From Vicinamibacteria bacterium (GTDB lineage Bacteria > Acidobacteriota > Vicinamibacteria > Marinacidobacterales > Marinacidobacteraceae): a stretch of 64,000 bases of DNA. Position 1 is the stretch's first letter, and every line of letters begins with the position of its first letter. The translations under genes were made by a program, and so were the position numbers. The DNA lies in NCBI GenBank assembly GCA_964291235.2, contig OZ219815.1, forward strand, positions 352,001-416,000, in the 5' to 3' direction. This document shows, one piece after another, positions 28,866 to 40,507 of this stretch. The notes beneath the pieces are model-generated. The model did no database searches. It was not told where the DNA came from and saw only the letters and a list, made by a program, of their open reading frames with translations.

Positions 28866-29687
28866 TCAACGCAGCAGAATCCGGGTGCCGCGGAAGGTCT
28901 GCGGCGTAACGACGCTCAGAAAGTTGGGAAGAACGCGGTCCATCAACTCGAAATAGGAAGACAGAGGCGAACTCTCCTCGTCCCGTCCGAAGATGACTTC
29001 CTCGGTAAAGCGCTCGCGGTGGATGGTCCGGCCGCTGGCGCCGTCGATGAAATAGAACTCGGCGGTGAGGGTGTACGCGTTTCGTTCCTGGAACTGGGTG
29101 CTGCGCACCAGTCGGGGCCGATTGAAATTGTCACGCACGTACCGGTCGCGGCGGGAGAATCCGGAGCGTTCCTCCGCCGCAAACCGGAGCCGGCCGCTGA
29201 TGATCAGGGGCTCCTCGAACTCCTCGCCGAGCTGACGCCAGTATTCCTCGTCCTCGAGCAGTTTGTCCTGTTCGAGGTCGATCCACTCCTGGCGCGATAT
29301 TTCGCCGTCGCCGATGGCGACCGCCTCGGCGGCCATGTCATCGAACTGCTCGGCCAACCCGCTGGCCTCAAGCGCCGCATCGGAAAAATCCCCAAGCGGC
29401 TCGACTTCGGCCTCGATGACCGCCAGCCGCGAGTTGATGCGCAACTGGTTCCGCAACAGGCGGGAGGTTTCGGAATCGAGATCCAGGTTCTCGTTGGTCT
29501 GGCTGACGAAGCTGCCCACCAGAACCCGGCCGTACTCCGAGAGGTCGAGCTTGGCGTCGATCGGAATCTCGATGGGCACTTCCACATACGCCCCGGCGGC
29601 GCAGGCGGTCAGGCCGAGGCCGGCGGTCAGGCCGAGCAGGGAAAGCGCGACTCCCGAGGCGGCCCGGCGGCAGCGAAAAGGCTTCAC
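28866..29687 (-). CDS. Hypothetical lipoprotein
   Basis: LTAC lipobox after a hydrophobic stretch; lies in the TPR-BamA-like operon. Confidence 0.7.
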   Translation of the reverse strand: MKPFRCRRAASGVALSLLGLTAGLGLTACAAGAYVEVPIEIPIDAKLDLSEYGRVLVGSFVSQTNENLDLDSETSRLLRNQLRINSRLAVIEAEVEPLGDFSDAALEASGLAEQFDDMAAEAVAIGDGEISRQEWIDLEQDKLLEDEEYWRQLGEEFEEPLIISGRLRFAAEERSGFSRRDRYVRDNFNRPRLVRSTQFQERNAYTLTAEFYFIDGASGRTIHRERFTEEVIFGRDEESSPLSSYFELMDRVLPNFLSVVTPQTFRGTRILLR

Positions 29688-29693
29688 CGGCTG

Positions 29694-30116
29694 CTAGCGC
29701 CTCTGCGAACGGGCCGCATCGCGGTCCTTCCGCTTCTTGCGTTCGAACGCCTCGCGGAACAACTCGTAGTTCTGGCGGATCTGTTCGTTGCTGGGAAGCA
29801 GCTCGAGCGCCGTTTCGTAGGCGTCGAGCGCTTCCTCAAACCTCCCCGAGCGCTCGTAGGCAACCCCGAGATTGTTGTGGGCCCTCGGGTTCTGGGGATC
29901 GAGCTCCACCGCCTTCTCCCACCGGTAGGCCGCCTCCTTCCAAAGTCCCTTGCTGGCAACCTCGACGCCGAAGGAGTTCTCCTGGCCGGATCGCTCGCCG
30001 CCACCGCCCACCGGAGCACCCGCCGCCAGGTCGGGCTGGGCCGCGGCAAACCCAGCCAGCCCGATCGCAACCAGGAATGCCACGACGGGACGGAGGACTG
30101 CGGACGGCTGTTTCAT
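29694..30116 (-). CDS. Secreted TPR protein
   Basis: Signal peptide; AHNNLGVAYERSGRFEEALDAYETALEL TPR. Confidence 0.85.
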   Translation of the reverse strand: MKQPSAVLRPVVAFLVAIGLAGFAAAQPDLAAGAPVGGGGERSGQENSFGVEVASKGLWKEAAYRWEKAVELDPQNPRAHNNLGVAYERSGRFEEALDAYETALELLPSNEQIRQNYELFREAFERKKRKDRDAARSQRR

Positions 30117-30349
30117 CGTCGCTCTCTCTTGCAATGAACAGGCCATTTCTCGCTGGTTCCTGGGCCAACCGCCCTGATGAAGGTCCGGACAGGAAATCCG
30201 GTCGGTCTCCGATAGTAGCGCGTGCCGGTCCGTTGGGGAAAACCCCATCATGGTGAGACAAAACCGTCACGAATTTCGTCAAGGAATCTGGAGAGACTTC
30301 TACCCGCCGCCCGTGCCGGACCGGCGGAACCGCTCCGGAGAGGCTGCCG

Positions 30350-31471
30350 ATGACGAACCCACCCCCGACGCCGCGGGAGCGGCCACCAGCGGGCGCCGAA
30401 CTGGCCGCGCTCGCGATCGCGCTTGTCGAACGACCCCCGCCCCGAGAGCGCGCCCGCTGTTTCGAGAACCGCGACCTCGAAGGAGCCGTCGCGGCGTTTC
30501 GGCACAAGTTCGGGAATCTGCCCCGGGAGCGGCTCGAACAGGCGAAGCGCTGGCGCGAAACAGCGACCGCTGCCGGGCGGCGGCTCCTGATCCTGGGACA
30601 AGCCGGATACCCCGAGCGACTCGCCGAGATCGCCGTCCCGCCGGTCGCCCTCGACGCGGCCGGCGAGACCGATCTCGCTGCCGCGGCGGTAGCGGTGGTG
30701 GGATCGAGACGGGCTACCCCCTACGGGATCGCGGTGGCGGAGCGATTCGCGCGCGGCCTGGCCGAGGCTGGCCTCACCGTGGTCAGCGGACTTGCCCGCG
30801 GCGTGGATGCGGCAGCACATCGTGCCGCTCTCGAGGCTGGCGGCAGGACGGTCGCGGTCCTCGGTTCCGCGCACGACTGCCTGTATCCGCCGGAGCATCG
30901 CGAATTGGCTCGCGCGTCCGCCGCATCCGGTGCGGTGGTGACCGAATTCCCTCCCGGAACCCGTCCGCTGCCGCACCACTTTCCCCGCCGGAACCGGATC
31001 ATCGCCGGCCTTACGCTCGGCACGCTGGTGGTGGAAGCCGCGGAGCGGAGCGGGTCCCTGGCCAGCGCGCGCCACGCGGTGGATTCAGGACGGGAGGTCT
31101 TCGCGATACCGGGCCCGCTCGGGTCCGAAACGAGCGCGGGGTGCCACGCGCTGATCCGCCTGGGGGCGACCTTGACGACCAGCGTCGCGGACATTCTCGA
31201 AGAACTGGGACTCGCCCCGGCGCCCGCGGCGGCACCGGCTGGCGCGGCGGGCCACGCGGCGCCGGAGAGGTCCGGACCTCCTCCGGGCCTGAGCGAGGAG
31301 GCGACCGGCCTGCTGGAAGCGCTCGAGAAACGGCCCTCGGGGGTGGATCTGGACACCCTTCTGGACGCTACCGGCCTCGCGGTGCCGGTGGCGCTGGCCG
31401 CGATCTCGGAGCTGGAGCGGCGGAAGCTCGTACGCCGGTTTCCCGGTGACTTCCTGAGGGTGGCGAAATGA
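30350..31471 (+). CDS. dprA: DNA-processing protein DprA
   Basis: AVVGSRRAT.YG, VSGLARGVD..AH, FPRRNRII, SGSL; upstream of topA. Confidence 0.95.
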   Translation: MTNPPPTPRERPPAGAELAALAIALVERPPPRERARCFENRDLEGAVAAFRHKFGNLPRERLEQAKRWRETATAAGRRLLILGQAGYPERLAEIAVPPVALDAAGETDLAAAAVAVVGSRRATPYGIAVAERFARGLAEAGLTVVSGLARGVDAAAHRAALEAGGRTVAVLGSAHDCLYPPEHRELARASAASGAVVTEFPPGTRPLPHHFPRRNRIIAGLTLGTLVVEAAERSGSLASARHAVDSGREVFAIPGPLGSETSAGCHALIRLGATLTTSVADILEELGLAPAPAAAPAGAAGHAAPERSGPPPGLSEEATGLLEALEKRPSGVDLDTLLDATGLAVPVALAAISELERRKLVRRFPGDFLRVAK

Positions 31472-31506
31472 CCGCCGCGACCGGATCGTTACACTGATTG
31501 CAGGTC

Positions 31507-33783
31507 ATGGGAAACGCACTCGTAGTCGTCGAATCCGCCGCCAAAGCCAAAACCATCGAGCGGTTCTTGGGGAAGTCTTTCCGCGTGATGGCCTCGGGAG
31601 GCCACGTTCGCGATCTGCCGCAGCGCGGCTTGTCGGTTGATGTCGAGAACGGTTTCCGCCCGCAGTTCGAGGTCGTTCCGGACCGGGCCAAGATCCTTGA
31701 CAGTCTTAAGCGCGCGGCCCGCAAGGCTTCTCGCATCTACCTCGCCACCGACCCGGATCGGGAGGGCGAAGCGATCAGCCACGATCTCGCGGAAGAGTTC
31801 CTCGGCGTAATGGCGCCCGGAAGCCAGGTGCCGATCCAGCGAATCACCTTCCATGAGATCACCCCGCCGGCCGTCCGGCGGGCGCTCGAGGAGGCCGGGG
31901 AAGTCGATGCGAACAAGGTCAAGGCTCAGCAGACGCGCCGGGTGCTGGACCGGATCGTCGGCTACAAGATCTCTCCCCTCCTTTCGCGAAAAGTCGCGCC
32001 GCGCCTTTCCGCCGGCCGTGTCCAGTCCGTTGCGCTGCGTCTTATCTGCGCCCGGGAACGCGAGATTCGAGCCTTCAACATCGAGGAGTACTGGACGATC
32101 AACGCCCACCTCGCCACCGAGGACGGCGCGCCCTTCCGCGCCACCGCCGAGGTCCCGAAGAGCCTGCCACGGGAGCCGGCCGTCCGCGAGGAAGCCACGG
32201 CCCGGCATATCCAGCGCTGGCTCGAAGAGTGCCGGTTCCGGGTCGGCGGGGTCGAGGCCAAGGATCGCCGCGAGAAGGCTCCGCCACCCTTCATCACCAG
32301 CACCATGCAGCGCCAGGCTGCCTCTCTCTTCCGTTTTCCGGCAGCCCGGACGATGCGCGCCGCGCAGGGTCTCTACGAGGGGGTGGATCTCGGATCGGGC
32401 GACCGCGTGGGGCTGATCACCTACCTGCGTACCGACTCGACCCGCATTTCGAATCAGGCGCTCGGCGAGGTCCGAAAGTTCATCGGCGAGCAGTTCGGAG
32501 ACGATTTTCTGCCCGAGCGCCCCAACTACTTCAAGAAACTCAAGGGAGCGCAGGACGCCCACGAGGCCATCCGGCCAACATCCGTGGGAAGGACGCCCAA
32601 CCAGATGGCGGCCTTTCTCAACGAGGACCAGCGAAAGCTGTACCGCATGATCTGGGAGCGTTTCATCGCCTCCCAGATGACCGCCGCCGTCTGGCGAGAC
32701 ACCAAGGCGACGATCCTCGCGGAAGGAGCCGGCAGCGAAGGGCCACCCGAGATCCCCGGTTTCGGCAAGGCTCCCGAGCGACTGCTGGCGACCGGTTCGG
32801 TGCTGGCCGAGCGCGGGTATCGGGTGCTCTATCACGAGGCCGCGGAAGACACGGGTTCGTCGGCGGAATCCGAGGGGAAGACCGTAATCCCGCCGCTCGC
32901 CGCCGGGCAGCCGCTCGCGCTCCGGCAGATCCTCCCGGTCCAGCACTTCACGGCGCCGCCAAAGCGGTACAGCGAGGCGGGGTTGATCCGCAAGCTGGAG
33001 CAGAACGGGATCGGGAGGCCGAGCACGTACGTGCCCATCCTCCGCAAGATCAAGGACCGCGAGTACGTGCGGACCCGCCAGCGGGTCTTCGTCCCGACCG
33101 AGGTGGGCATGCTGGTGAGCGATCTGCTGGCCGGAAGCTTCGACAACCTGTTCAACGTCCGCTACACGGCGGACATGGAGGAAAACCTCGACCGGATCGA
33201 GCAGGGCGACGCGGGTTTCGAGGGCACCCTGGAGGCCTTTTACACGGACTTTGCCCGCGACCTCGACAAGGCGGTCACCGAGATGCCGCGGGTGAAAGGC
33301 CTTCCCACCGCGGAGCCCTGCGACCGATGCGGAAAGCCCCTCGTCCTGCGCTGGTCGGGTGGCGAGAAGTTCCTCGGTTGCGAGGGCTTTCCGGAATGCC
33401 GGGGAAGCCGTTCCCTCACCGAGTCGAACGAGCAGACAAGTGACGACGAGGCGCCGGTCTGCCCGGAGTGCGGTGCCCCGATGTCCGAGAAGCGGGGTCG
33501 CTTCGGGTCTTTCCTCGGGTGCACCCGGTACCCCGAGTGCAAGAAGATCATCCAGATCCGCAACGGCAGGCCGGTGGCGCGGGCTCCGGCGGTCCCCGTG
33601 GAGGGGCAGAACTGTCCGGAATGCGGGAAACAAATGGTTCGCCGGCAGAGCCGCCGCGGGCCTTTTGTCGGCTGCAGCGGTTTCCCGAAGTGTCGCTACA
33701 TCCAGCCGAGTCCTTCGAAGGGCAAAAAGAAGAAGGCCTCCAAGAAGACCGCCACGAAACGAGGCGCCCGTCCCCGGGCCTGA
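31507..33783 (+). CDS. topA: DNA topoisomerase I
   Basis: VVES..KAKTI, ATDPDREGE, SAGRVQS, LITYLRTDS, GIGRPSTY, three C4 zinc ribbons. Confidence 0.97.
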   Translation: MGNALVVVESAAKAKTIERFLGKSFRVMASGGHVRDLPQRGLSVDVENGFRPQFEVVPDRAKILDSLKRAARKASRIYLATDPDREGEAISHDLAEEFLGVMAPGSQVPIQRITFHEITPPAVRRALEEAGEVDANKVKAQQTRRVLDRIVGYKISPLLSRKVAPRLSAGRVQSVALRLICAREREIRAFNIEEYWTINAHLATEDGAPFRATAEVPKSLPREPAVREEATARHIQRWLEECRFRVGGVEAKDRREKAPPPFITSTMQRQAASLFRFPAARTMRAAQGLYEGVDLGSGDRVGLITYLRTDSTRISNQALGEVRKFIGEQFGDDFLPERPNYFKKLKGAQDAHEAIRPTSVGRTPNQMAAFLNEDQRKLYRMIWERFIASQMTAAVWRDTKATILAEGAGSEGPPEIPGFGKAPERLLATGSVLAERGYRVLYHEAAEDTGSSAESEGKTVIPPLAAGQPLALRQILPVQHFTAPPKRYSEAGLIRKLEQNGIGRPSTYVPILRKIKDREYVRTRQRVFVPTEVGMLVSDLLAGSFDNLFNVRYTADMEENLDRIEQGDAGFEGTLEAFYTDFARDLDKAVTEMPRVKGLPTAEPCDRCGKPLVLRWSGGEKFLGCEGFPECRGSRSLTESNEQTSDDEAPVCPECGAPMSEKRGRFGSFLGCTRYPECKKIIQIRNGRPVARAPAVPVEGQNCPECGKQMVRRQSRRGPFVGCSGFPKCRYIQPSPSKGKKKKASKKTATKRGARPRA

Positions 33784-33789
33784 CAGCCG

Positions 33790-34779
33790 GTGGACCAGAC
33801 CGCGCAGCCCGGTCCGTCACTGCCTCCACTACGCGCGCTGATCCGGGATTTCCTGGAGGATCTGGAGGAACGGCGGGGAGCGTCCCCGAACACGGTGCGC
33901 AGCTACGGCAGCGATCTGTCCCATTTCGCGGAGTTTCTGGAAGCCGAGGGATCTCCCGGCATGCGTCCGGGCCACGGCGGGAGCGCCGATACCGCGACCT
34001 TGCGCGCCTACCTGGGCTCCCTCCACGAACGTGGCCTCTCCAGCACGACCGTCGCGCGGAAGCTGGCCGCCCTGCGGTCGCTCTACCGGTATCTCACCCG
34101 CTCAGGAGCGGTTGAGGTGGATCCGGCGCGGGCGCTCAAGGCGCCGCGAACTTCCGGGAGACTTCCGACCCGGATGGAGATGGACGAGGTCGAGGCGCTG
34201 CTGCACGCCCCCGATCCGGCCACGGACCTTGGCTGTCGTGACCTTGCCATTCTCGAACTGCTCTACGGAACCGGACTCCGGGTCTCCGAGCTGGTCAGCC
34301 TCGACCTGGCCGATGTCAACGCCAGCAGCCGGATTCTGCGGGTCCTGGGAAAAGGCGGCAAGGAGCGGGTAGTCCCCTTCGGCGAGATCGCGGCGGATGC
34401 CCTGCGCTCCTGGCTGCGGGTGCGGGCCGGCATCCAGGGAACGGGGGGAGAACCGTCGGCCATCTTCCTGAATGCGCGCGGGGGACGCCTGTCGGATCGA
34501 TCCGTGCGCACCGTGGTCCGGCGGTATCTGGGCGAAGCCGGCCTGGTCCGGCTCGCCGGCGCGGTGTCGCCCCACACTCTGCGCCACGCCTTCGCCACCC
34601 ACCTGCTCGACCACGGGGCCGACCTCCGTTCCATCCAGGAGCTGCTCGGCCACGCGAGTCTCGCCACCACCCAGAAGTACACGCACGTCTCGACCACCAA
34701 GCTCTTCGAGGTGTACTCGAACACCCACCCGCGACGGTCCGCGCGCTCGGGAACCGGCGGCGAAAAGCCCGCGGACTAG
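33790..34779 (+). CDS. xerC: Tyrosine recombinase XerC
   Basis: LYGTGLRVSE, GKGGKER, HTLRHAFATH, LLGH, TTQKY; dprA-topA-xerC synteny. Confidence 0.88.
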   Translation: MDQTAQPGPSLPPLRALIRDFLEDLEERRGASPNTVRSYGSDLSHFAEFLEAEGSPGMRPGHGGSADTATLRAYLGSLHERGLSSTTVARKLAALRSLYRYLTRSGAVEVDPARALKAPRTSGRLPTRMEMDEVEALLHAPDPATDLGCRDLAILELLYGTGLRVSELVSLDLADVNASSRILRVLGKGGKERVVPFGEIAADALRSWLRVRAGIQGTGGEPSAIFLNARGGRLSDRSVRTVVRRYLGEAGLVRLAGAVSPHTLRHAFATHLLDHGADLRSIQELLGHASLATTQKYTHVSTTKLFEVYSNTHPRRSARSGTGGEKPAD

Positions 34780-34961
34780 CAGCCTGTGGTGAAACCCGCG
34801 TGAGCACCGAGACTGGTGAGGCGCTTGGCTGACAAGGCGCGTGAGGGAGGAATACCGGGTGTATTTCGACCGAAACGCAACGATGAGCGCCTCGTAGAGG
34901 CGCGGTTCAGCCGGGATGCATCGCCCGTCGAATGCCGCGTGGGTTTCGCCACAGGCTGCTA
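34777..34961. mobile_element. MITE-like element, copy 2
   Basis: Terminal inverted repeats TAGCAGCCTGTGGTGAAACCC / GGGTTTCGCCACAGGCTGCTA; fills the whole xerC-pncB gap. Confidence 0.75.
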
Positions 34962-36209
34962 GTACCTGGGCACCCGGAGTGTCCCCGCCGGGGCATCAAA
35001 GATCCGGCGGTAGCGGCGGATGCCGGCGCCGGTTCCGGTGCTCTTGCCGGGGTTGTCGCTGAGCTTGACGAGGGGACGCCCGCTTGCCATCACCGGCTTC
35101 ACAACCAGGGAATAGTTGGGGAGTCCGCAGTCGTTCGTCAGGTTGGTGCCCCACCCGAAAGACACCGCCATCCGCTCGCCGAAGCGAGATTGCAGATCGA
35201 GGATGTCGGGGAGTTCCAATCCGTCGCTGAACACGACGGACTTGGACCGGGGATCCACCCCGAAACCCTCGTACCAGGCGATCGCCCGCTCCGCGAACGC
35301 GGCCGGGTCGCCGGAATCCTGCCGGACCCCTCGGTATCGCCGGGCGCGCTCTTCGCCGACGCTTGCGAAGAAGAACTCCGAACCCCAGGTGTCCGTGAGA
35401 AAGAGCGACAGGGGCTCTCCGTACATCGCCCACCACGCATCCAGCATTCCGCGTTGCGAGTCACGGATGGAAGCGTCGGATCCGTTCCCGAGCACCGCGC
35501 CAACCATGAAGATCTCATGGGCGATGGTTCCGACGGGAGCCAGGCCGTGCTGGAAGGCCGACGCCACGCACGACGTCCCGACGAACTGATCGGGCAGCGC
35601 CCGGGCGAGCCCCTCTTCCAGGGCGAACTGCCAGGCCCGCGAGAAACGGCGGCGGGTGCCGAAGGAGGCGAAACGGATCTCGGGATGCTCCCGGAGGGTG
35701 GCGACCTTTTCGTCAAGCCGTTTCCGCCCGATCTCGGCGGCGGCCTCCCCGGCGCCCGCCCCCCCCGCGGCGATCGCCGCCCGCGAGAGAAGTTCGCTCA
35801 GCGCGGACAGGATGAGCGTCTCCCACAGGATCAACTCCGGCCAGGAAGCCTCCACCTCCAGCCGCAACGCGCCCTCCCTGCCCTCGAGTTCGATCGGCGG
35901 CAGCCGGAGGCCCGTCAGAAATTCCAGGTAGTCGTCCCCGAAGAGTCCCGGCGGCCCGAGACCCCGGAGGTAGGCGATCTCGGCGGGAGTGAACGACAGG
36001 TCGCGAATGGAATCGAACACCTCGTGCAAGGCGTCGGCGGGAACCAGGTCCGCGAGGCGGACGTCCGGCGTCCGGCAAAGAAGGCGGTAGCGGACGCGGA
36101 CGTCGGGGTGCCGCCGGAAGACAAACTGCCCCATCGTGAACTTGTAGAAGTCCACGTCCAGGAGGGAGGCGACCGGAGGTTCGGCCGTCAGGCGGGAAAG
36201 CCGGGCCAC
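34959..36209 (-). CDS. pncB: Nicotinate phosphoribosyltransferase
   Basis: SLLDVDFYKFTM, FGTRRRFS, GTIAHE, RQDSGDP, FSDGL, KLSDNPGK. Confidence 0.93.
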   Translation of the reverse strand: MARLSRLTAEPPVASLLDVDFYKFTMGQFVFRRHPDVRVRYRLLCRTPDVRLADLVPADALHEVFDSIRDLSFTPAEIAYLRGLGPPGLFGDDYLEFLTGLRLPPIELEGREGALRLEVEASWPELILWETLILSALSELLSRAAIAAGGAGAGEAAAEIGRKRLDEKVATLREHPEIRFASFGTRRRFSRAWQFALEEGLARALPDQFVGTSCVASAFQHGLAPVGTIAHEIFMVGAVLGNGSDASIRDSQRGMLDAWWAMYGEPLSLFLTDTWGSEFFFASVGEERARRYRGVRQDSGDPAAFAERAIAWYEGFGVDPRSKSVVFSDGLELPDILDLQSRFGERMAVSFGWGTNLTNDCGLPNYSLVVKPVMASGRPLVKLSDNPGKSTGTGAGIRRYRRIFDAPAGTLRVPRY

Positions 36210-37234
36210 TCCTCGGGCGGTTCGGTGCTCAGCACCCGAACCATTCCCGCACGCTCGAAATCAGCGTACGCCTCGTCGGCGGCGTCGGTGAAGTCGGCGC
36301 CCGGAACCACCACCGGCGAGGTGGCGTCCTCCAACAGGAAGACCCGGCGGGCGAGGCCGAGCGATCCATCGGGATCTCGTCGCTGGATTTCATCCCGGAG
36401 GTCGGAAACCGTCCACGCCACGCAGTGGCTCTTCGCCTGCCCGGCGACGATCAGGGCGTCATAGCCGAGCAGCCGGTCGAGCAGCGGCCGATTCGGTTCC
36501 GCGATGGGGTTTCCGTCGGCATCTTCGAGGACCTCCGGCCGCAGCACGGAGTAGTTCTCGGTCAGCGGATTCCTCCCCTTGGGCTCGAATACCGGCTGCG
36601 CCGAACGCGCGATGGAGTGGAAGAACACCGCTTCCTCGATCGCGGGGACGAGTGCGTGCCCGGCTCCGCCGAGCATCGCGTGATAGGGCCAGATAACCAG
36701 CACGTACTTGCCCTGCGCTTCGAGCCGGCGGCAGTAGTGGAGCGCGTGGCGGGCGAGTTCCGCCTCATCGAGGCCGGCCCCGGCGGCCGCCTCGGGATTC
36801 ACGCGGTAGCGGCCGGACTCCAGGTCCCCGGAGGTGATCTGGGTGTAGGCGGCCGGCGGATTGCCGTCTTCGTCCAGGAAGAAATGCGCGTGGAACACCT
36901 GGATGGCGGTGTGGGTGTCCAGGGTCAGGACGATTTCGCTGATCCGGCCCAGCTGCTGGTAGAGGAACTGGCAGAGGCGCCAGGAATCCTTCACCGCACC
37001 GAGTCCGGAACGGCCGGCGACAAAGAGTTCGCCGCCCGGAAGGCAGAAGGTGTTTTGGCAATCCACGAGCAGAACACCCACCCGCGGGGCGTCGCCGGCC
37101 GCAGGGCGCAACCGATGTTGCCGGGCCCATTCCCTCGCCTCGGCGGCGCGGGTTTCGTAGGGAACGCGATAGAGCTGTCCCACGCGCTCGGAGTCGAAAA
37201 AGTCGGGAATCGGAAGCCTTTCTGACATGGGCAC
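36188..37234 (-). CDS. Nicotinamidase/isochorismatase-like cysteine hydrolase
   Basis: VDCQNTF, TLDTH, WPYH, KG.NPLTENYS, AGQAKSHCV; adjacent to pncB. Confidence 0.85.
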   Translation of the reverse strand: MPMSERLPIPDFFDSERVGQLYRVPYETRAAEAREWARQHRLRPAAGDAPRVGVLLVDCQNTFCLPGGELFVAGRSGLGAVKDSWRLCQFLYQQLGRISEIVLTLDTHTAIQVFHAHFFLDEDGNPPAAYTQITSGDLESGRYRVNPEAAAGAGLDEAELARHALHYCRRLEAQGKYVLVIWPYHAMLGGAGHALVPAIEEAVFFHSIARSAQPVFEPKGRNPLTENYSVLRPEVLEDADGNPIAEPNRPLLDRLLGYDALIVAGQAKSHCVAWTVSDLRDEIQRRDPDGSLGLARRVFLLEDATSPVVVPGADFTDAADEAYADFERAGMVRVLSTEPPEEWPGFPA

Positions 37235-37276
37235 GAACCGGAAAACGCACCTCCGGCAGGTACGGGATTAGGCTAA

Positions 37277-38566
<1,290 letters not shown>

Positions 38567-38601
38567 GCGCAGAGGGCACAGAAACACCAGCCTCCAGGCA
38601 A

Positions 38602-39072
38602 GGAGCGCCAGCCTCCGGCTGGCATCGCCCGCGCAGCGGGCGTAACTCCCAGGCTCAATCAGCCCCGACAGCACCCACCTAAACGGGGACGGCGCATCGT
38701 CACACCTCCGCATAGGAGCGCCAGCCTCCGGCTGGCATCGCCCGCGCAGCGGGCGTAACTCCCAGGCTCAATCAGCCCCGACAGCACCCACCTAAACGGA
38801 AACGGCGCATCGTCACACCTCCGCATAGGAGCGCCAGCCTCCGGCTGGCATCGCCCGCGCAGCGGGCGTAACTCCCAGGCTCAATCAGCCTCGACAGCAC
38901 CCACCTAAACGGGGACGGCGCATCGTCACACCTCCGCATAGGCGGCGCTGCGCCATCCCCTGCACATTGGCAGTCTTCGCCGTCACGGATGGGGTCCGGG
39001 CCGTGGGGAACGAACAGGTTGGGGAGTTTCGCTTCGCTGCGCGAAGCGATGCCGGCCAGAGGCCGGCGCTCC
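38602..39072. repeat. REP/REPIN array: three 113-bp tandem units plus one inverted REP
   Basis: GGAGCGCCAGCCTCCGGCTGGC at 38602, 38715, 38828; inverted GCCGGCCAGAGGCCGGCGCTCC at 39051. Confidence 0.88.
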
Positions 39073-39091
39073 TGGCGCTCCTGGCGGCGCT

Positions 39092-40255
39092 TCAGACGCG
39101 GCGCATGGCGGCGAAGAAGTTGATGTTGGAGTTCACGATGTACTCCCGCGCCGCCGCATTCGGCTCGAGCGACGACTCGCCCTTCTCGCCGGTGCCGCCA
39201 AGGATGATGCCGGAACTACGCGGCTGCATGCTGAAACCGCCGACCCCCGGGGGCGCCCCGGGGGCGTTCCCGGACACCGCGTAGTTCACCTCCGTCTGGG
39301 GGACGAGCACTGTGAGCTGTCCCTTGAGCGGCATCAGTTCGGGATCGGGGAACAGATCGCCGGAGCCAAGTCCGGTGCAGTTGATCACCAGCGACTCGTC
39401 AAGCGCCAGAAACTCCCGCGCGTCGGTGAACTTGCGGATCACGATCTTCCCGCCGACCTCAAGAAAGTCGCGAACGAGCGCGTCCAGATAGGTTGCCGGC
39501 TCGATGCGCATGTAGTTGCGCCGGGTTGCGTATCGGGTGGGAAAGGGATGTTCCCCGGGCCCCAGCCGGAAGCGGCCGCTGATCAGATGCTCCGGCAGAA
39601 GTGGCTCGCGCCGCAGTCGCCTCGGGCTCGCCGAGGGATCCCGCGGCTCGATGTCGGTGGCCGTGTAGCGTTCGAGCCAGTCAACCCCGTACCCCCTTCC
39701 GACCAGCCACTGGAACTCCCGGAACGAGGTCTCGACCGCATCACGGAACTGGGCGTCGAACGCGGGGGTCCGCAGGTTGTCCTCGAGCAGCCAGGCGGCC
39801 GGCGTGAACCCCGCCCACGCCATGTTCGAGGTCGTGTTGGGCGGTACCGACAGGGCATAGATCGTGACGTCGAAGCCGCGCCGCTGGAGCTGGCGGCTGG
39901 TGGCCAGCCCGACGGCTCCGCAGCCGATCACCGCGGCCTGCCGGCTCTCGTGCTCGAGCGCCATCTCGGCCACCTGGCGTCCCGTGCCCCACGAGAGCGA
40001 GATGCCGGACCCGCCGTGGCCGTAGTTGTGGAGCACCGTGGTGCGGTCCAACCGGTCCGCCCGCACCACGAAACCCGACGGGCGATACGGCCGAAGCCCG
40101 ACCGTGGTGCGGATGATCCGATTCCACGCGACGTTGACGATCGGCAAGCGGAACGCCGGTTGCGGCCGGATGTCGGAACGCGCCGCACAGGCGCCGAGGC
40201 CGGCGCCCAGCAAACCTCCGCCACCGAGTCGTAGCAGGGTCCGTCGATCCATCAT
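39092..40255 (-). CDS. D-amino acid oxidase-like flavoprotein, Tat lipoprotein-like signal
   Basis: DRRTLL, GLRPYR, HNYGHGGSGISLSWG, VIGCGAVG, NCTGLG. Confidence 0.85.
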   Translation of the reverse strand: MMDRRTLLRLGGGGLLGAGLGACAARSDIRPQPAFRLPIVNVAWNRIIRTTVGLRPYRPSGFVVRADRLDRTTVLHNYGHGGSGISLSWGTGRQVAEMALEHESRQAAVIGCGAVGLATSRQLQRRGFDVTIYALSVPPNTTSNMAWAGFTPAAWLLEDNLRTPAFDAQFRDAVETSFREFQWLVGRGYGVDWLERYTATDIEPRDPSASPRRLRREPLLPEHLISGRFRLGPGEHPFPTRYATRRNYMRIEPATYLDALVRDFLEVGGKIVIRKFTDAREFLALDESLVINCTGLGSGDLFPDPELMPLKGQLTVLVPQTEVNYAVSGNAPGAPPGVGGFSMQPRSSGIILGGTGEKGESSLEPNAAAREYIVNSNINFFAAMRRV

Positions 40256-40480
40256 CAATGCTGCCGACAACAGCCGCGCAACAGTAGCAGGCCGGCGCCG
40301 CTCCCAGAGATTCGCAAAACCGGCGCGGGCGGGACGCCGGAGAGTCAGGTCAGCGGCCCGGCAGACCCCACGAACCCGTCTCGATTCGAAGCGAGCGGCT
40401 GAAGCCGAACGTCGTTTCAGCGGTCGGAATCCATCAGGTCCGGGCCGAATTCGCCCGCTGGAGTTGGTACTCTGGGGTAA

Positions 40481-40507
40481 GTGACATATGTAACGAACAT
40501 GTGTCAC
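40481..40507. promoter_or_regulatory. Inverted-repeat operator candidate
   Basis: GTGACATATGT-N5-ACATGTGTCAC (10/11 symmetric) between divergent genes. Confidence 0.5.

Noticed and set aside
33790-34779. Tyrosine recombinase as the island integrase
   Set aside because: Sits in the housekeeping dprA-topA-xerC context, far from the tRNA
38602-38940. CRISPR array
   Set aside because: The sequences between the palindromes are near-identical, the period is 113 bp and no cas genes are present; fits a REP tandem
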